Shown here: positions 62,356 to 64,000 of the stretch, piece after piece | Numbering within the stretch: position 1 is the first letter of the stretch | Layout of the letters: each line of letters opens with the position of its first letter | DNA from: an uncultured Desulforapulum sp. | GTDB lineage: Bacteria; Desulfobacterota; Desulfobacteria; Desulfobacterales; Desulfolunaceae | Length of the DNA stretch: 64,000 nt | Assembly: GCA_964637565.1 (NCBI GenBank) | Contig: CAZWTY010000011.1 | Coordinates: forward strand, 459-64,458 | Reading direction: 5' to 3' | Translations under genes and position numbers: made by a program | Notes under the pieces: model-generated | Databases searched by the model: none | What the model was told of the DNA's origin: nothing | The model's input: the letters and a program-made list of their open reading frames with translations, nothing else

Positions 62356-63472
62356 AACAGATGTAGGCCGGGGGACGGCCTGCAGATGTGTTCTGTTTTC
62401 GGGCTTTAAGCTCTTTGATCCGATACTGTGACTTTATTTTTTTCTTGAAATTAGCCGGATCCAGTTTTTTTTCAAGTATCGCCTCGTACACTGAACGCAG
62501 TTCAGCCCATGTGAAAGTTTTGTCCAAAAATTCAAAGGCGATGGGAGAGTGGGCCAGTTTTTTCTGAAGCCTTTTCTTGAGGTCGCTGACGATCTGTGCA
62601 TGGTCAAAGGCAAGTTTTTCGGTTTTGAACGAAGAATCTTTTTCAACCTGCTGAATGGGAAACCATTTCGTCTCTTCGGCATTTTCGTTGACAACCGGGT
62701 TCTGGCATTGGACAAGACTCCGATTGACCAGAGAATAATAAGCCGTGGTCAGAACCCGTGTCCTTGGATCCCTGTCAACATCGCCATAGGTTTTGAGCTG
62801 TTCGATGTAAAGCTGGCTCAGCCCGGTTTTTTCCTTGATTTTTCTTGCGGCAGCGGCATCAAGGTCTTCATTGTCTTCGATATGGATGAATCCTCCCGGC
62901 AAGGCCCATTGTCCTTTGAATGGAGGGTTTTTCCTCTTGACGAGAAGAATATTGAGAGCTCCCTGGATCAGGGAACAGGTCACGATATCGACTGAAACGG
63001 AAGGGTTTCTCAATTCCCGGTCGATAAACCGACTTGTGTCATTAAAAACAGGCAATTCCAAAACCGCATCTTCGAGTCCCCCATCGTCTTCGGCACGATT
63101 TTGTTCAAATCGTGCGTAAGGTGTCTTGAAATATTTCCCGTACACATCCGAATCGTCGATATGGAGTGAAATACCAAATCTCTGGCAGTATTCCGCCTTG
63201 GCTTTGTTCCATATTTTATTGTCCATGTAGGGGTTGCCGTCTATATAGGTGATTTCCGTCCCGATTTTCTTATGATGGCTTGTGGTGGAAAAAAAATGGG
63301 TGAAGGAAAGGCCCAGCACATGGCGGATTTCATGCTCCAGTTCTTCTGTCTGTTCCGCACCCGTAAGGATATGCACTTCGTGCCCGTTTTCCACAAGAAG
63401 TCGCGACAGTTCGGAAAACAGGTGAGGATTGGCATCCGCAACCCCGTGGACATCAATGCCTAATTTTATCAT
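62327..63472 (-). CDS. NrtR-like regulator: N-terminal HAD-like domain, degenerate Nudix domain and C-terminal winged-helix-like domain
   Basis: 381 aa. 'GIDVHGV' is a HAD motif-I-like sequence with the second Asp replaced. The Nudix box 'PGGFIHIEDNEDLDAAAARKIKEKTGL' carries Glu-to-Lys changes. A C-terminal ~110 aa follows. Adjacent to nadE. Confidence 0.65.
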   Translation of the reverse strand: MIKLGIDVHGVADANPHLFSELSRLLVENGHEVHILTGAEQTEELEHEIRHVLGLSFTHFFSTTSHHKKIGTEITYIDGNPYMDNKIWNKAKAEYCQRFGISLHIDDSDVYGKYFKTPYARFEQNRAEDDGGLEDAVLELPVFNDTSRFIDRELRNPSVSVDIVTCSLIQGALNILLVKRKNPPFKGQWALPGGFIHIEDNEDLDAAAARKIKEKTGLSQLYIEQLKTYGDVDRDPRTRVLTTAYYSLVNRSLVQCQNPVVNENAEETKWFPIQQVEKDSSFKTEKLAFDHAQIVSDLKKRLQKKLAHSPIAFEFLDKTFTWAELRSVYEAILEKKLDPANFKKKIKSQYRIKELKARKQNTSAGRPPAYICFEGVKDQYI

Positions 63473-63502
63473 GACCCGATTCCCATGAATGTATGCCCAC
63501 CT

Positions 63503-64000
63503 TTATTGACAGAGGTTTCCCTGGTCATCCCTGAGGTTGATGACAAAGGGGGCTTCATGCTTATGCTTGTTGTTTAGGTGTCTCTTCCAGACAAAACGCT
63601 GGATTTCCGAAAACGCGGATTCATCGAGGGCGTGATAATTCATCAGAATGTGACGGATGGCTGGTTCCATCTCATCGTAACTGTAACCGAGTTCGTCTTC
63701 ATCCGTTTGATTTTCCCATAAACCTGCCGATGGAACCCGGTTGATCATGTCTTCCGTGATTTTTCCACAATCTCGAAAGTATTCAAGCATCTTATAGACT
63801 TCAGATTTAAACAGTTGTCCGATGGGGAAAATATCGGCCAGGGCATCTCCGCCTTTTGTATCATACCCGATAAAATCTTCAGAAAGATTTCCGGTGCCCA
63901 TGACTCTGACCCTGTTTTTCAGCTTTTCATTCAGGTGATGGGCGTAACCGTACAGAACACACATCCGGGCCCTGGACCTGCCGTTGCCTGCATTCAAAGT
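63503..64000 (-). CDS. nadE: NH3-dependent NAD+ synthetase, partial (N-terminus off window)
   Basis: 'RARMCVLYGYA...VMGTGNLSEDFIGYDTKGGDALADIFPIGQLFKSEVY' is the typical NadE C-terminal half. Confidence 0.85.
   Translation of the reverse strand, partial: TLNAGNGRSRARMCVLYGYAHHLNEKLKNRVRVMGTGNLSEDFIGYDTKGGDALADIFPIGQLFKSEVYKMLEYFRDCGKITEDMINRVPSAGLWENQTDEDELGYSYDEMEPAIRHILMNYHALDESAFSEIQRFVWKRHLNNKHKHEAPFVINLRDDQGNLCQ

Overview
A 64-kb chromosomal segment with about 60 protein-coding genes. I found no rRNA, tRNA, CRISPR array, transposase or integrase. Gene content suggests an anaerobic Desulfobacterota/deltaproteobacterium-like organism, which is inference only: spd/mitochondrial-type EF-G, a ThiH-route thiamin operon, a Bat/MoxR operon and TAT Fe-S modules.

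Gene order, left to right:
- a partial KaiC/DnaB-like ATPase
- a stand-alone EF-G paralog
- an archaeal-type membrane LonB protease with an overlapping unknown partner gene
- a membrane-anchored dynamin-like GTPase
- PhaC
- a TPP-riboswitch-controlled thiSGHFEC operon
- rhomboid, Dus and an MltD-like transglycosylase
- a REC-histidine kinase hybrid, CapA and TetR
- a complete MoxR-DUF58-DUF4381-BatABCDE operon
- a compact 12-gene MSHA-like type IV filament cluster, 30.5-42.4 kb
- a UPF0210/ACT pair and a DHH-CBS protein
- a visibly lower-GC envelope block, about 46-58 kb, rich in predicted lipoproteins (LPP20/FlgP-like, CsgG/FlgO-like, LpoB-like)
- an NMO-family flavoenzyme
- an operon of a TAT Fe-S protein, a small membrane protein, a mini-ORF, an ECF sigma and a ZAS anti-sigma
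- a rhomboid gene interrupted by an in-frame TGA
- an NrtR-like Nudix regulator and a partial nadE

Leads most worth a second look:
1. A 29/47-codon membrane mini-ORF whose in-frame UGA is followed by an fdhF-like SECIS hairpin. Its extended stop overlaps the ECF sigma start codon.
2. Two convergent lipoprotein operons that may form an uncharacterised outer-membrane-associated assembly.
3. The minimal MSHA-like pilus cluster, which has an MshEN c-di-GMP motif and a PilX-anchored double-LamG protein.
4. The bacterial LonB-type protease coupled to an unknown 389-aa protein.

All calls come from reading the sequence and the ORF translations. No database search was run.
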